Source: Octopus sinensis (taxonomy: Eukaryota). Taken from it: a DNA stretch of 64,000 nt. Shown in pieces: positions 12,081 to 24,348 of this stretch. The stretch is taken from the NCBI RefSeq assembly GCF_006345805.1, contig NC_043024.1, forward strand, positions 7,254,001-7,318,000, written 5' to 3'. The notes under the pieces were generated by a model that made no database searches, had not been told where the DNA came from, and worked only from the letters and a program-made list of their open reading frames with translations. Position 1 is the first letter of the stretch, and each line of letters opens with the position of its first letter. Position numbers and translations under genes: made by a program.

Positions 12081-12959
12081 AGGTATTTCGTCTGCCGTTA
12101 GTTCTGAGTTCAAATTCATGTGTAATTAAGCCAGCAGCCCCTAGTCGAACCAACACTTCCATGCATGCATAATACAATAATGGTGATGTTCTTAACTGTT
12201 ATATGGGAATGTAAATATGTTTGCAAATTGTTTTTGTTACATGTTATTCTGTGTTCTGAATACTTTTATTTTAATAAATGTTGCTTACTGCAAGTTATGG
12301 ATGATTGTTTTATGACTTCATTGCTTTCAGGCTAAGCTTAAGGTATTTTCGAGCCCGACATCACAAAATGCGTCTAAATAAACATTGCCAGACAGCAAAT
12401 AGAGATTCAGACATTGCTTAGAAAATATTTTTCATTTTTAACCTTGTATATAGTACGCACTTGGGATTTTGACCTTTAAATTTTGGGGAAAAAAATGCAG
12501 ATTATACTCGAGGATTTGTGGCAGTCATTATAGACATATCATCATCATCATTGTTTAGCGTCCGTTTTTCATGCTAGCATGGGTTGGACGGTTCAACTGG
12601 GGTCTGGGAAGCCAGAAGGCTGCACCAGGCCCAGTCTGATCTGGCAAGGTTTCTACGGCTGGATGCCCTTCCTAACGCCAACCACTCCGTAAGTGTAATG
12701 GGTGCTTTTTACGTGCCACCAGCACAGGTGCCAAACAAGGCTGGCAAATGGCCACGATCGGATGGTGCTTTTTACATACCAGGCGAGGCTGGCAACGGCC
12801 ACAATCGGACGGTGCTTTTTATGTGCCACCTGCACGGGTTCATGCTATATTGCTCTGTTTAGTTTTGGGCTGCAGGAGCTAGCTTAGGAGTTCACACAGA
12901 GTGCAGCTAATTAGATATAAACATGCAAATGATGTGCTAACGAGTAATATCCATCTTAC

Positions 12960-13037
12960 CTTTCTGAAAGGCAGTTGTTTCTTGTGTATTTGCCTGGGCA
13001 GCCAGTGTACTGAATAACATTCCGGAATATTCTGTGT
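12960..13037 (-). CDS. RANBP2: RanBP2 exon, linker; phase 1 to 1
   Basis: atttcag|...|gtaaga; TEYSGMLFSTLAAQANTQETTAFQK. Fits the FSxLA...F motif typically preceding FSWQGAG/RanBD. Confidence 0.72.
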
Positions 13038-13155
13038 CTGAAATTATAAAAGGAAGGATTTTTCATGACAAGGAATACCTGCAGACTTCATAGACTGAAT
13101 GTCGGTAGTGGGCTGAAACAGGATATCTGGTAAAATATCCCTGGGTATTTGACTC

Positions 13156-13315
13156 ACAATCTGGCAAGCCAAGAGTGTACAGGGTGCACAATCTGGCAAG
13201 CCAAGAGTGTACAGGGTGCACAATCTGGCAAGCCAAGAGTGTACAGGGTGCACAATCTGGCAAGCCAAGAGTGTACAGGGTGCACAATCTGGCAAGCCAA
13301 GAATGCACAGGGTGC
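13156..13315. repeat. 32-bp minisatellite, 5 copies
   Basis: cacaatctggcaagccaagagtgtacagggtg. Confidence 0.95.
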
Positions 13316-13447
13316 ATTTTATGTAGCACCAACACCAATGGGGTCACCAAGTAACTTGCAAGACAAAATAACATATACACATATATATTTATGTGGAGAT
13401 AGACACACAGACACACAAAGAGAAGAAAGCCTTTTTGCTCCACTTAC

Positions 13448-13651
13448 TGTTCATTAACCGTGAAAATGGCATACTGGAAGTCGATGAATCTGCAGGAAAA
13501 GTAGTGGTGGTCGTGGTAGTAGTAGTAATAGCAGTTGTGTTGGCAGTCGTGGTAGTCGCTGATGTGACAGTGACATCGGCAACAGTGGAACTTGCTGGAG
13601 ATTGCGGAGACTGGGGCTTGTGTCGTTCTGATACAGACAAAGCTGCTTTTG
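13448..13651 (-). CDS. RANBP2: RanBP2 exon, Thr/Ser-rich linker; phase 1 to 1
   Basis: ctttccgcag|...|gtaagt; AKAALSVSERHKPQSPQSPASSTVADV...TTTTTFPADSSTSSMPFSRLMN. Supported by splice signals and phase only. Confidence 0.78.
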
Positions 13652-13969
13652 CTGCGGAAAGAACAAAAAGAAAAATGAGCAACAGTGGAAAACAACCAAT
13701 GAGTTTAAAGGACCAGCAAATATCACATCCTTACAAAGTCCATATAAGCTGGAAAACCGAAGGATTATGCCAAGCACCAATGTCTGCTTTGGTATGGTTT
13801 TTATGGCCAGATGCCTTTCCTAACGCCCACCACTTCAAGGAGTGTACTGGGTGTTTTTTTTAAATGATACTGGCATCAGTGAGGTCATCAAGTAACTTGC
13901 AAGACAAAGCCCCACCTCCCAACTAGGATGGGTGGAGAATTGTAGATAGGTTTTTAGCCAAGAGATAAG

Positions 13970-14027
13970 AGGAAAGGAGGCAAGGAGGGAGAGAGGCAAG
14001 GAGAGAGAGAGAGAGAGGAAAGGGGGC

Positions 14028-14063
<36 letters not shown>

Positions 14064-14405
14064 GGGGGCAGGGAGAGAGAGAGAGAGAGAGGAAAGGGGG
14101 CAGGGAGAGAGAGAGAGGAAAGGGGGCAGGGAGAGAGAGAGAGAGGAAAGGGGGCAGGGAGAGAGAGAGAAGAGAGAGGAAAAGAGAGAGAAGAAAGGAG
14201 GCAGGAGAGAGAGAGAGAGAGGAAAGGGGGCAGGGAGAGAGAGAGAGAGGAAAAGAGAGAGAAGAAAGGAGGCAGGGAGAGAGAGAGAGAAGAAAAGAGG
14301 CAAGGAAAGAGAGAGAGAGAGAGAGAGGAAAGGAGGCAGGGAGAGAGAGAGACAGAGAGATAGAGGGAGACGGAGCAACAGAGAGAGCGAGAAAGAGAAA
14401 GAAAC
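13970..14405. repeat. GA-rich compound microsatellite
   Basis: (ga)n interspersed with ggaaagggggcagg. Confidence 0.95.
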
Positions 14406-14469
14406 CAGTCAGTCAGTCGGTCAAACAGCCAAACCAGTTTGACCAATCGACCAACGATTTTTAACTTAC

Positions 14470-14694
14470 CAGCATATGTCTGCTTGGGTGATTTCTTCAG
14501 GTCTTCGGGGTCACAACCTCGGCAGCCCCGGCAAGGTTCTTTGGTCTCATACAAATAGAAATGGTCGGGGAGCATCAGTTTCCTCGCCCTCTCAACCTGC
14601 TCGGGAGTGGCTTCGACTTGCTTTATGAAGATGACATCATCCTCATTGCTCAGTTCTTCGTCTTTATGGGCCTCATTATCATCATCATCATCAT
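14470..14694 (-). CDS. RANBP2: RanBP2 exon with IR-type (SUMO E3) motif ending in CxGCxGC; phase 1 to 1
   Basis: cag|...|gtaagt; EDDVIFIKQVEATPEQVERARKLMLPDHFYLYETKEPCRGCRGCD resembles recalled human IR1 ([30 protein letters not shown]). Confidence 0.88.
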
Positions 14695-15334
14695 CTGCAC
14701 AAGACACGACAGCATGCGAGAGAAAAAGAAAGTCAGGGTTTGTAACATATGATATTACCACCAATAATCTCACTTTTATCTATATATATATTTCTTTACT
14801 ACTCACAAGGGGCTAAACACAGAGGGGACAAACAAGGACAGACAAAGCGATTAAGTCGATTACATCGACCCCAGTGCGTAACTGGTACTTAATTTATCGA
14901 CCCCGAAAGCATGAAAGGCAAAGTTGACCTCAGCGGAATTTGAACTCAGAACGTAACAGCAGACGAAATACAGCTATGCATTTCGTCCGGATTGCTACCA
15001 TTTCTGCCAGCTCGCTGCCTTTTATCTATATATTTCTTTACTACCCACAAGGGGCCAAACACAGAGGGGACAAACAAAGAGATTAAGTCGATTACATCGA
15101 CACCAGTGCGTAACTGGTACTTAGTTAATCGACCCCGAACTTGAACTCGGAACGTAAGGACAGATGAAATACAGCTACGCATTTCGCCCGGTGTGCTAAC
15201 GTTTCTGCCAGCTCGCTCGCCTTTTATCTATATATACGAAAGGTTTTTCTCTTGGAAAGAAAGGAAGACTGCATGAAATCATTTAAGCCTTTAGTGTTCA
15301 GATTACTCTCTTAAATTTTTTTTTTTTTCCTTGT

Positions 15335-16120
15335 TTCAGTCATTTGACTGCGGCCATGCTGGAGCACCGCCTTTAGTCGAGCAAATCGACCCCGGGACTT
15401 ATTCTTTGTAAGCCCAGTACTTATTCTATCGGTCTCTTTGCCGAACCGCTAAGTGACGGGGACGTAAACAAACCAGCATCGGTTGTCAAGCAATGCTAGG
15501 GGGACAAACACAGACACACAAACACACACACATACACATATATATACATATATACGACAGGCTTCTTTCAGTTTCCGTCTACCAAATCCACTCACAAGGC
15601 ATTGGTCGGCCCGGGGCTATAGCAGAAGACACTTGCCCAAGATCCCACGCAGTGGGACTGAACCCAGAACCATGTGGTTGGTTAGCAAGCTACTAACCAC
15701 ACAGTCACTCCTGCACCTATACTCTTTTACTCTTTTACTTGTTTCAGTCATTTGACTGCGGCCATGCTGGAGCACCGCCTTTAGTCGAGCTAATCGACCC
15801 CGGGACTTATTCTTTGTAAGCCCAGTACTTATTCTATCCGTCTCTTTTGCCGAACTGCTAAGTGACGGGGACGTAAACACACCAGCATCGGTTGTCAAGC
15901 AATGCTAGGAGTACAAACAGACACACAAACACACATATATATATATACATATATACGACAGGCTTCTTTCAGTTTCCGTCTACCAAATCCACTCACAAGG
16001 CATTGGTCGGCCCGGGGCTCTAGCAGAAGACACTTGCCCAAGATGCCATGCAGTGGGACTGAACCCGGAACCATGTGGTTGGTTAGCAAGCTACTTACCA
16101 CACAGCCACTCCTGCGCCTA
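15335..16120 (-). mobile_element. Two head-to-tail copies of tRNA-headed SINE family B
   Basis: Head aggcgcaggagtggctgtgtggtaagtagcttgct...gggttcagtccc, internal (TA/TG)n, tail tgactgaaacaagtaaaagag. Other copies near 6640, 18716, 24595, 29860, 34795, 40740, 57278, 59790, 62935. Confidence 0.85.
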
Positions 16121-16305
16121 TGTAATACTTTTTCACTCAAATTGTTTTGAATTAATCAAGCATTATCTTATAGCTTTGGGGTTTCAATGATGTGATTGTT
16201 TATTTTTAGAATGTCAATGTAGGTTAGGTGTGAGAGGCCAGTTTGAATATAAAACATGTAGAATATTTGGGCCGGATATGGCCAATTTAAACACTAAAGG
16301 GTTAA

Positions 16306-16720
16306 CCAGACAGCAATTCTACATGGTAGTGAGACATGGACCCTGTATGTTGAGGGCATGCGAATGTTAGAAAAGAATGAAGCTAGTATGCTCTGCTGGA
16401 TGTGTAATGTCAGTGTATATGTTTGAGAGAGTGATAGTATTTTGAGGGAGAAGTTAGGCATAAGAGGAAATGGTTGCTGTGTGCAAGAGAGAAGACTGCA
16501 CTGGTTTGGTCATGTGATGTGGATGGATGCCAGCAGCTCCATAAAGAAGTGCTGATCCCTCAACGTAGATGGAACATGAAGTGGGGGAACTGGAAGACAG
16601 GGTGGAGTACTGAAGAACAATCTGAGGATGCTGAACCTTTAAAGCGAGATGACAAAGGATTGAGATGCCAGGTGTCTTGCTGTACTCAAGAAGTGTTAAG
16701 ACCAGTCCCTCTGGCAGTGT
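16306..16720 (+). mobile_element. RTE-clade LINE 3' ORF fragment (partial duplicate at about 17133-17320)
   Basis: AILHGSETWTL...MLEKNEASMLCWMCNV...LREKLGIRG...VQERRLHWFGHVMWMD, the RTE YGSETW / RRLRWFGHV motifs. Confidence 0.85.
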
Positions 16721-16734
16721 AAAGCATTCATGGT

Positions 16735-17005
16735 GGTGCCACGTAAAAGTGTCCATGTGGCATCACATAAAAGTGCCATGTGGAATCACATAAAAGTGCC
16801 ATGTGGCGTCACATAAAAGTTCCATGTGGCGTCACATAAAAGTGTCATGTGGCGTCACATAAAAGTGTCATGTGGCATCACATAAAAGTGTCATGTGGAA
16901 TCACATAAAAGTGTCATGTGGCATCACATAAAAGTGTCATGTGGCATCACATAAAAGTGTCATGTGGAATCACATAAAAGTGTCATGTGGCATCACATAA
17001 AAGTG
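16735..17005. repeat. 23-bp minisatellite, about 12 copies
   Basis: gtgtcatgtggcatcacataaaa, related to the SINE C motif gtggcacgtaaaa. Confidence 0.9.
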
Positions 17006-17324
17006 CCAGCTGTAGAAACCATGCCAAATCAGACTGGAGTCTGGTGCAGCTCCCCAGCCTGCCAAGTCTGGACAAACCATCCAACCCAGATCAGCATGGG
17101 CAACAGACATTAAATGATGATGATGAGGACATATATTTTGAGAGAGAAGTTAGGCATAAGAGAAAATTGTTGCTGTGTGCAAGAGAGAAGACTGCACTGG
17201 TTTGGTCATGTGATGTGGATGGATGCCAGCAGCCCCATAAAGAAGTGCTGATCCCTCAACGTAGATGGAACATGAAGTGGAAGACTCAGGAAGACATAGG
17301 ATGAAGTACTGAAGAATGACTTCA

Positions 17325-17545
17325 CCCTTTAGCATTTAAACCGGCCATATCCGGCCAAAAGTATTCTGCCTGTTTTATGTTCAAACTGACCAGATCTGGT
17401 CTCTCGCACCAACCCTACAATATCGTTTTAAAAATTAACAGCTACCTCATCAAAATCTCATAGATCCAAGATAATATCTAATTAGTTCAAGGCAATGTGG
17501 ATAAAAAAGGATTAATTTTGGCAGAATAATGCGAACACTAGAGGG
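17325..17545. mobile_element. Second piggyBac-type MITE family (CCCTTTAGCA...GGG|TTAA)
   Basis: ccc...ggg|ttaa termini; interrupts an RTE fragment. Related pieces near 16140-16305, 43170-43610 and 51340-51548. Confidence 0.6.
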
Positions 17546-18196
17546 TTAAGGATGCTGAACTTTTCAGGCAAGATGACTAAGGACCAAGATGCCAGGTGTC
17601 TTGCTGTACTCAAAGACCTGTACTCCTCAACAGAAATGTTAAGATCGGTTTCTCTGGTGGTGGAAAGCACTCATGGTGGTGCGATGTAAAACCATCCAGC
17701 ACACTCTGTAAAGTAATTGGCATTAGGAAGGACATCCAGCCATAGAAACCATGCCAAATCCGTTGTCCAGTAAGTATGGGTTGGACAGTGTGACCAGAGC
17801 TGCACCAGGCCTCAGTCCGATTTCGTATGGTCTCTACAGCTGGATGTCCTTCCTAAACGCCAACCACTTTACAGAGTGTGCTGAATGCTTTTACGTGACA
17901 CTGCATGGGCATTTTTACATGGTACCACATGGGTATTTTATGCAACCAGAAGGATCATCTTGACTGGATGAAGAGTATAACTCCCCCACACCCCACCCCA
18001 TTGCAAACATAAATACAAAGCCGTCGTTCGATTTCATTATATTTTGTAAAATTTTTAAAGTCATATAATCATTGTGTGTCTGACCCCAATCAGGCTGTAT
18101 TGTCCCCCTCTATGTTTGGGCCCTTGTGGCTAATAAAGAAATTGAATGTAAAAGGAAATAAGACTGATGTTGTATAAGATCTGTCTTTTGTCTCAC

Positions 18197-18569
18197 CTAG
18201 ATTCTTGTAGTCAGGATCTGGGAATAGCGTCGTAGCTACAGAAGATCTCTTGGCATCTGACTTCGGTCCTTTGACAGTAGGGGAGATGGTCGGCGTCTGA
18301 GGGTCGGTATTGGTGCAGGCACCATCGGTACTGTTCTCTTTGTCCTTCTCTGGAGACTTCTGGTAAGCGATAGCCTTCTGCTTGGCCTCTTCGAACGAAT
18401 CTTTAAAGTTGTTAGCAATTTCAGCCGTCTTGAATCGGATAGACAAGTGCTGCAGCTGGGCCTCGCCTCCATCTGAGGAGTCAAAAGCACACCAGACCCA
18501 AGCACAGCCTTTACTGTTCACTTTTGGCTTCAGGTCGACGTCGGCAGTGATGTAATGATTACAGCAAAC
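18197..18569 (-). CDS. RANBP2: RanBP2 exon: second half of the RanBD plus linker; phase 0 to 1
   Basis: cag|...|gtgaga; VCCNHYITADVDLKPKVNSKGCAWVWCAFDSSDGGEAQLQHLSIRFKTAEIANNFKDSFEEAK. Confidence 0.93.
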
Positions 18570-20050
18570 CTGTGGATTACAACATCAAAATATAAAGGAT
18601 TAACCAGAGATTTTATACGGAGGGATTAGTGTGTACGGGCATTGCTAATAGCAAATGGGATTTGTGTAAGTGTTGCTGATAGCAATTGTACATGTGTTTA
18701 GGTATTGTTAATAGCAGGCGTAGGAGTGGCTGTGTGGTAAGTAGCTTGCTTACCAACCACATGGTTCTGGGTTCAGTCCCACTGCGTGCACCTTGGGCAC
18801 GTGTCATCTACTATAGCCTCAGGCCGACCAAAGCCTTTTGACTGGATTTGGTAGACAGAAACTGAAAGAAGCCCGTCGTATATATGTATATATGTGTGTG
18901 TGTGTGTGTGTATGTTTGTGTGTCTGTGTTTGTCTCCCCCAATATCGCTTGACAACCGATGCTGGTGTGTTTACGTCACAGTAACTTAGCAGTTCGGCAA
19001 AAGCGACCGATAGAATAATACTAGGCTTACAAAAAATAAGTCCTGGTGTTGATTTGCTCGACTAAAGGTGGTGCTCCAGCATGGCCACAATCAAATGACT
19101 GAAACAAGTAAAATAGTAAAAAATAGAAAAATAGCAATTTTGTGCGTGTGTGTGTGTGTATTGCTGATAGCAATTTTCTGTGGCACGTAAAAAGCACCTT
19201 CCATACGTGGTCGATGCCAGCGCCGCCCCGATTGGCCTCCGTGCCGTCGGCACGTAAAAACCACCAACCGATCGTGGCCGTTGCCAGCCTGTCCTGGCAC
19301 CTGTGCTGGTGGCACGTATAACACACCCACTACACTCACAGAGTGGTTGGCGTTAGGAAGGGCATCCAGCTGTAGAAACACTGCCAGATCAGACTGGCGA
19401 CTGGTGTGCAGCCTCCTGGCTTCCCAGACCCCGGTCAAACCGTCCAACCCATGTTAGCATGGAAAACAAACGTTAAACGATGATGATGTGTGTATGTGTG
19501 TCTGAGTATCACAGATAGCAATTTTGTGTTTGCGCATGCGTCTATTTGTGTATCACTAATAGGAATTGTGTGTGTTTCTACGTCTAATAACTTTGGTCAA
19601 AGTGTTTGTTGCTAACAGATCGTGGCCGTTTGCCAGCCTCGTCTGGCACGTAAAAAGCATCCACTACACTCATGGAGTGGTTGGCCTTAGGAAGGGCATC
19701 CAGCCGTAGAAACGTTGCCAGATCAGACTGGGCCTGATGCAGCCTTCTGGCTTCCCAGACCCCAGTTGAACCGTCCAACCCATGCCAGCATGGAAAGTGG
19801 ACGCTAAACAATGATGATGATATATATATATATATACATACACACACATATACTACACTCATGGAGTGGTTAGCCTTAGGAAGGGCATCCAGCCGTAGAA
19901 ACATTGCCAGATCAGACTGGAGCCTGGTGTGCAGCCTCATGGCTTCGAAGACCCCAGTTGAACCGTCCAACCCATGCTAGCATGGAAAGCGGATGCTAAA
20001 CAAGGATGATGATAACAATGATGAAATGATGAAGGAAAACTACTACTTAC

Positions 20051-20796
20051 TTTTAGAACCTGCTCCCTTCTCATGACCAATCGTAGCTTCTGTGTTTGAG
20101 TGTTTTCAAGAATCTTGATGTTTCCAAGGCCACGCTCTTTCCACTCGGAGCTGTCAAAACGGTACAGCTTGGCACGGTGTTCAAACAGGCAGCGTTCGTC
20201 TTCCTCGCCGGTGCGTACTTCCACCTTGTCAGGCAGGGGCATGATGGGATCAAACTTGATGTGTGAGTCCTCACCGTCTCGGTTCACGTAGTAGCCGTCG
20301 TCGGCGCTGTCGGGAGACTTGGCCACACCCAGGTTCGGGGTCAGGCCCTTGGAACTGTCCGCTGGAGTAGTCGACGCCCCGGGTTGAGACGGGGTCATGC
20401 TGAACGAGAAGAACGGTGTTGCTGCTGCTGTCGCCTGTGTCACGGGTGTTCCCTGCGGGGAAATTGTCGATAAGGGTGTTGCAGTCCCTCCAGTACTCAC
20501 AAGAGCAGCATTGCTGGGTCCAGGCCCCAGAATGCCTTTGCCAGAAGTGTTGGGCGTGAGGCTGAAATTAAATTTTGGCTGACTCAAATTAAATGCAAGG
20601 GGTTTGCTGTTCTGGCTTGCCGGTGTATTGGCCCCAAAGCTAAACGAGGGGGTTGTGTATATTGTCGTAGTCGTTGTAATTGTTGTGGTGGTGGCCATGC
20701 CAGGCCCGTTACTGATGAGAGACATTGTACCAGGTGATGCGATCTGAGGAGAAGACCAGTTCGGTGTTGGTTTTAAGCCAGGTGTCTTTGTAGCAT
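20051..20796 (-). CDS. RANBP2: RanBP2 large exon: S/T/P-rich FG-type segment plus first half of a Ran-binding domain; phase 1 to 0
   Basis: ctcag|...|gtaagt; ends HIKFDPIMPLPDKVEVRTGEEDERCLFEHRAKLYRFDSSEWKERGLGNIKIL...RLVMRREQVLK, a canonical RanBD. Confidence 0.95.
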
Positions 20797-20939
20797 CTGA
20801 GAGGGGGAGAGAGAGAATTAGGGTTAGAGAGGGATCAATGACAAAGAGAAACAATTTTGAAGTGAAGATATTGAAACAATTAAAACGAACACCTTAGAAA
20901 GTGAAAGTGCAACAAAGTAGGTAAAGTGGGAGGAGATGT

Positions 20940-22790
20940 AAGTGGAGGGAGACAGACAGAGGGAGAGCGAGTGAGTGAGTGAGTGAGTGAGAGCGAGTGA
21001 ATGAGTGAGTGAGAGAGAGCGAGTGAGTGAGAGAGAGCGAGTGAGTGAGAGAGAGCGAGTGAGAGAGAGAGAGCGAGTGAGTGAGAGAGCGAGTGAGTGA
21101 GAGAGCGAGTGAGTGAGAGAGCGAGTGAGTGAGAGAGAGAGTGAGTGAGAGAGAGAGTGAGTGTGAGTGAGAGCGAGTGTGAGTGAGAGCGAGTGTGAGT
21201 GAGAGCGAGCGAAAGCAAGAGAGAGTGGGTGAGTGAATGAGAGCGCGTAAGAGAGCGAGTGGCAGCGAAAGCAAGAGAGAGTGAAACAGTGTGTGAGAGA
21301 GAGAGACAGCATGAGAGAGAGAGAGAGACAGCGTGAGAGAGAGAGAGAGACAGCGTGAGAGAGAGAGAGACAGCATAAGAGAGAGAGAGACAGCGTGAGA
21401 GAGAGAGAGACAGCGTGAGAGAGAGAGAGAGAGACAGCGTGAGAGAGAGAGAGACAGCGTGAGAGAGAGAGAGACAGCGTGAGAGAGAGAGAGACAGCGT
21501 GAGAGAGAGAGAGAGACAGCGTGAGAGAGAGAGAGAGAGAGACAGCGTGAGAGAGAGAGAGAGAGAGAGACAGCGTGAGAGAGAGAGACAGCGTGAGAGA
21601 GAGAGAGACAGCGTGAGAGAGAGAGAGAGACAGCGTGAGAGAGAGAGAGAGAGAGCGAGTGTGAGTGAGAGCGAGCGAAAGCAAGAGAGAGTGGGTGAGT
21701 GAATGAGAGCGCGTAAGAGAGCGAGTGGCAGCGAAAGCAAGAGAGAGTGAAACAGTGTGTGAGAGAGAGAGACAGCATGAGAGAGAGAGAGAGACAGCGT
21801 GAGAGAGAGAGAGACAGCGTGAGAGAGAGAGAGACAGCGTGAGAGAGAGAGAGACAGCGTGAGAGAGAGAGAGACAGCGTTAGAGAGAGAGAGAGACAGC
21901 GTGATAGAGAGAGACAGCGTGAGAGAGAGAGAGAGACAGCGTGAGAGAGAGAGAGAGACAGCGTGAGAGAGAGAGAGAGACAGCGTGAGAGAGAGAGAGA
22001 GACAGCGTGAGAGAGAGAGAGAGACAGCGTGAGAGAGAGAGAGAGACAGCGTGAGAGAGAGAGAGAGAACAGCGTGAGAGAGATCGTGAGAGAGAGAGAG
22101 ACAGCGTGATAGAGAGAGAGAGGATAGACAGCGTGAGAGAGAGAGAGACAGCATGATGGAGAAGAGACAGCGTGAGAGAGATAGGAGAGAGAGACAGCGT
22201 GAGAGAGAGAGAGAGAGACAGCGTGAGAGAGAGAGAGAAGAGACAGCGTGAGAGAGAGAGAGAGACAGCGTGAGAGACTAGAGAGAGACAGCGTGAGAGA
22301 GAAGAGCGCAGACAGCGTGAGAGACAGAGAGAGAGAGACAGCATGAGAGAGAGAGAGAACAGCGTGAGAAGAGAGAGACAGCGTGAGAGAGAGAGATACA
22401 AGAGCTTGAGGAGAGAGAGACAGCGTGAGAGAGAGAGAGACGCGTGAAGAGAGAAGAGACAGCGTGAGAGCGAGAGAGAGACAGCGTGAGAGAGAGAGAG
22501 ACAGCGTGAGAGAGAGCGACAGCGTGGAGAGAGAGAGACAGCGGGCGAGAGAGGAGAGAGCGTGAGAGAGGAGAGAGAGACAGCGGAGAGAGAGAGAGAG
22601 AACAGCGTGAGATAGAGAGAGAGAGACGCGTGAGAGAGAATAGAGAGAGACAAGCGTGAGAGAGAGAGAGAGTAGACCGCCAGCGTGAGAGAGAGAGAGA
22701 CAGCGTGAGAGAGAGAGAGACAGCGTGAGAGAGAGAGAGACAGCGTGAGAGAGAGAGAGACAGCGTGAGAGAGAGAGAGAGAAGCGTGAG
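20940..22790. repeat. Large (GA)n-CAGCGT compound satellite
   Basis: (ga)n cagcgt units, with an internal duplicated block at about 21180-21320 and 21655-21780. Confidence 0.97.
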
Positions 22791-22890
22791 NNNNNNNNNN
22801 NNNNNNNNNNNNNNNNNNNNNNNNNNNNNNNNNNNNNNNNNNNNNNNNNNNNNNNNNNNNNNNNNNNNNNNNNNNNNNNNNNNNNNNNNN
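22791..22890. other. Assembly gap (100 N), true size unknown
   Basis: Run of N. The GA array to its left becomes noisy toward the gap. Confidence 0.99.
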
Positions 22891-22894
22891 GCTT

Positions 22895-23100
22895 TCAAGT
22901 CTCATAAGATTGATGCTTAGTTGAATAAATAATAATTTTTACAAGTCTCCATAAAAAGAAATCCAATGAAGTCAAATCTGGTGAATGCGGAGGCCAAAAT
23001 AATGGTCCACCTCTTCCAATCCGACTGATGGGAAACTCACATTTAGAAACAGCTTAACTTGCAGAGCAAAGTGCCAAGGTACACCATCTAGTTGTAAAAT
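22895..23100 (-). mobile_element. Tc1/mariner-superfamily transposase C-terminal fragment
   Basis: LNVSFPISRIGRGGPLFWPPHSPDLTSLDFFLWRLVKIIIY, matching the WPPRSPDLTPLDFFLWG motif. Confidence 0.85.
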
Positions 23101-24181
23101 TGTATTCCCTATCATCATCATCATCATTTAGCATCCGTTTTCCCTGCTAGCATGGGTTGGACGGTTCAACTGGTGTCTGAGAAGCCAGAAGGCTGCACCA
23201 GGCCCAGTCTGATCTGGCAGTGTTTCTACGGCTGGATGCCCTTCCTAACGCCAACCACTCCGTGAGCGTAGCGGGTGCTTTTTACGTGCCACCGACACGG
23301 GGGCCAGGCGACGCTGGCAACGGCCACGATCGGATGAGGCTTTTTATGTGCCACCTGCACAGGTGCCAGCCGGGCTGGCAAACGGCCACGGACAGATGGT
23401 GCTTTTTACGTGCCACCGACACGGGGGCCAGGCGACGCTGGCAACGGCCACGATCGGATGAGGCTTTTTATGTGCCACCGGCACGGAGGCCAGTCAGGGC
23501 GGCGCTGGCAACAGCTACGGTCGGGTGATGCCTTTTACGTGCCACTAGCACGGGGGCCAGGCGAGGCTGGCAACGGCCACGGTCGGGTGGTGCTTTTCAC
23601 ATGCCACCGGCACGGGGCTGGCAACGGCCACGGTCGGGTCGTGCTTTTTACATGCCACTGGCACGGGGGCCAGGCGAGGCTGGCAACGGCCCAGTTCTAA
23701 TAGTTTGAGCTCTGAATGAAGTAATTTTGTATCATTGTACCATGATTCTATAGACACCCTGTATAAGCAGGTGCGGATAATGTGATGGTGCAATTTAAAA
23801 TATTTGTATTTTCGTAACTATACATGGTAGAATTAATCTGTAAAATGGATAATAAAGAAGAATGACCTAAATTTAATTTTCAACATGTCCACCATCATCT
23901 ATATATATAAAACTCAACTTGTGTGTGTGTGTTTAACTTCCCAGCACATCTCCTCCTAGACAACAAATCGTAGAACCACCAAAAATGGGTCACTTAAAGT
24001 TTAGGCGAATGAAAATTGAACTGCGTTATTTCTGTTCCGAAATTCATCTCGCAAGTGCAAAATATTAGGAATTGTACTCTTTTACTCGTTTCAGTCATTT
24101 GACTGTGGCCATGCAGGAGCATAAAAATTCACAAAACAAACCAACACCCATGTAGGGTTATTTTCTTTCTTTCATACTCAC

Positions 24182-24348
24182 AGTTCAAGCTTCTCTCTGA
24201 ATTTACAAGCCAGCTGCCACCATTCAGCTTGCTCCGGTGTACAAAACTGCCGACATAAAACCTTTGGTAACAGCTGGGGTCGGGATGGTTCCTGTCGCAC
24301 CTGCTGCAGTAGCCGACCAGCAGAATATACAACAGCGATGAGGAACAC
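24182..24348 (-). CDS. RANBP2: RanBP2 exon, last before the assembly gap; phase 0 to 2
   Basis: tag|...|gtgagt; VFLIAVVYSAG...PQLLPKVLCRQFCTPEQAEWWQLACKF (human VFLLGVVYTS...PLCLPLPVCKQLCTERQKSWWDAVC). Confidence 0.9.

Noticed and set aside
13079-13112. AG/GT-bounded 34-nt segment as an extra RanBP2 exon
   Set aside because: Length is not a multiple of 3 between two phase-1 junctions, so it would frameshift. At most a poison exon, with no evidence for it.
20824-22905. 200-420 aa Leu/Ser/His ORFs (also 54544-56089, 10995-11600, 13835-14400, 25402-25953)
   Set aside because: Translations of (CT)n/(GA)n satellites that lack stops by composition. Only the parts overlapping the mapped RanBP2 exons are real.
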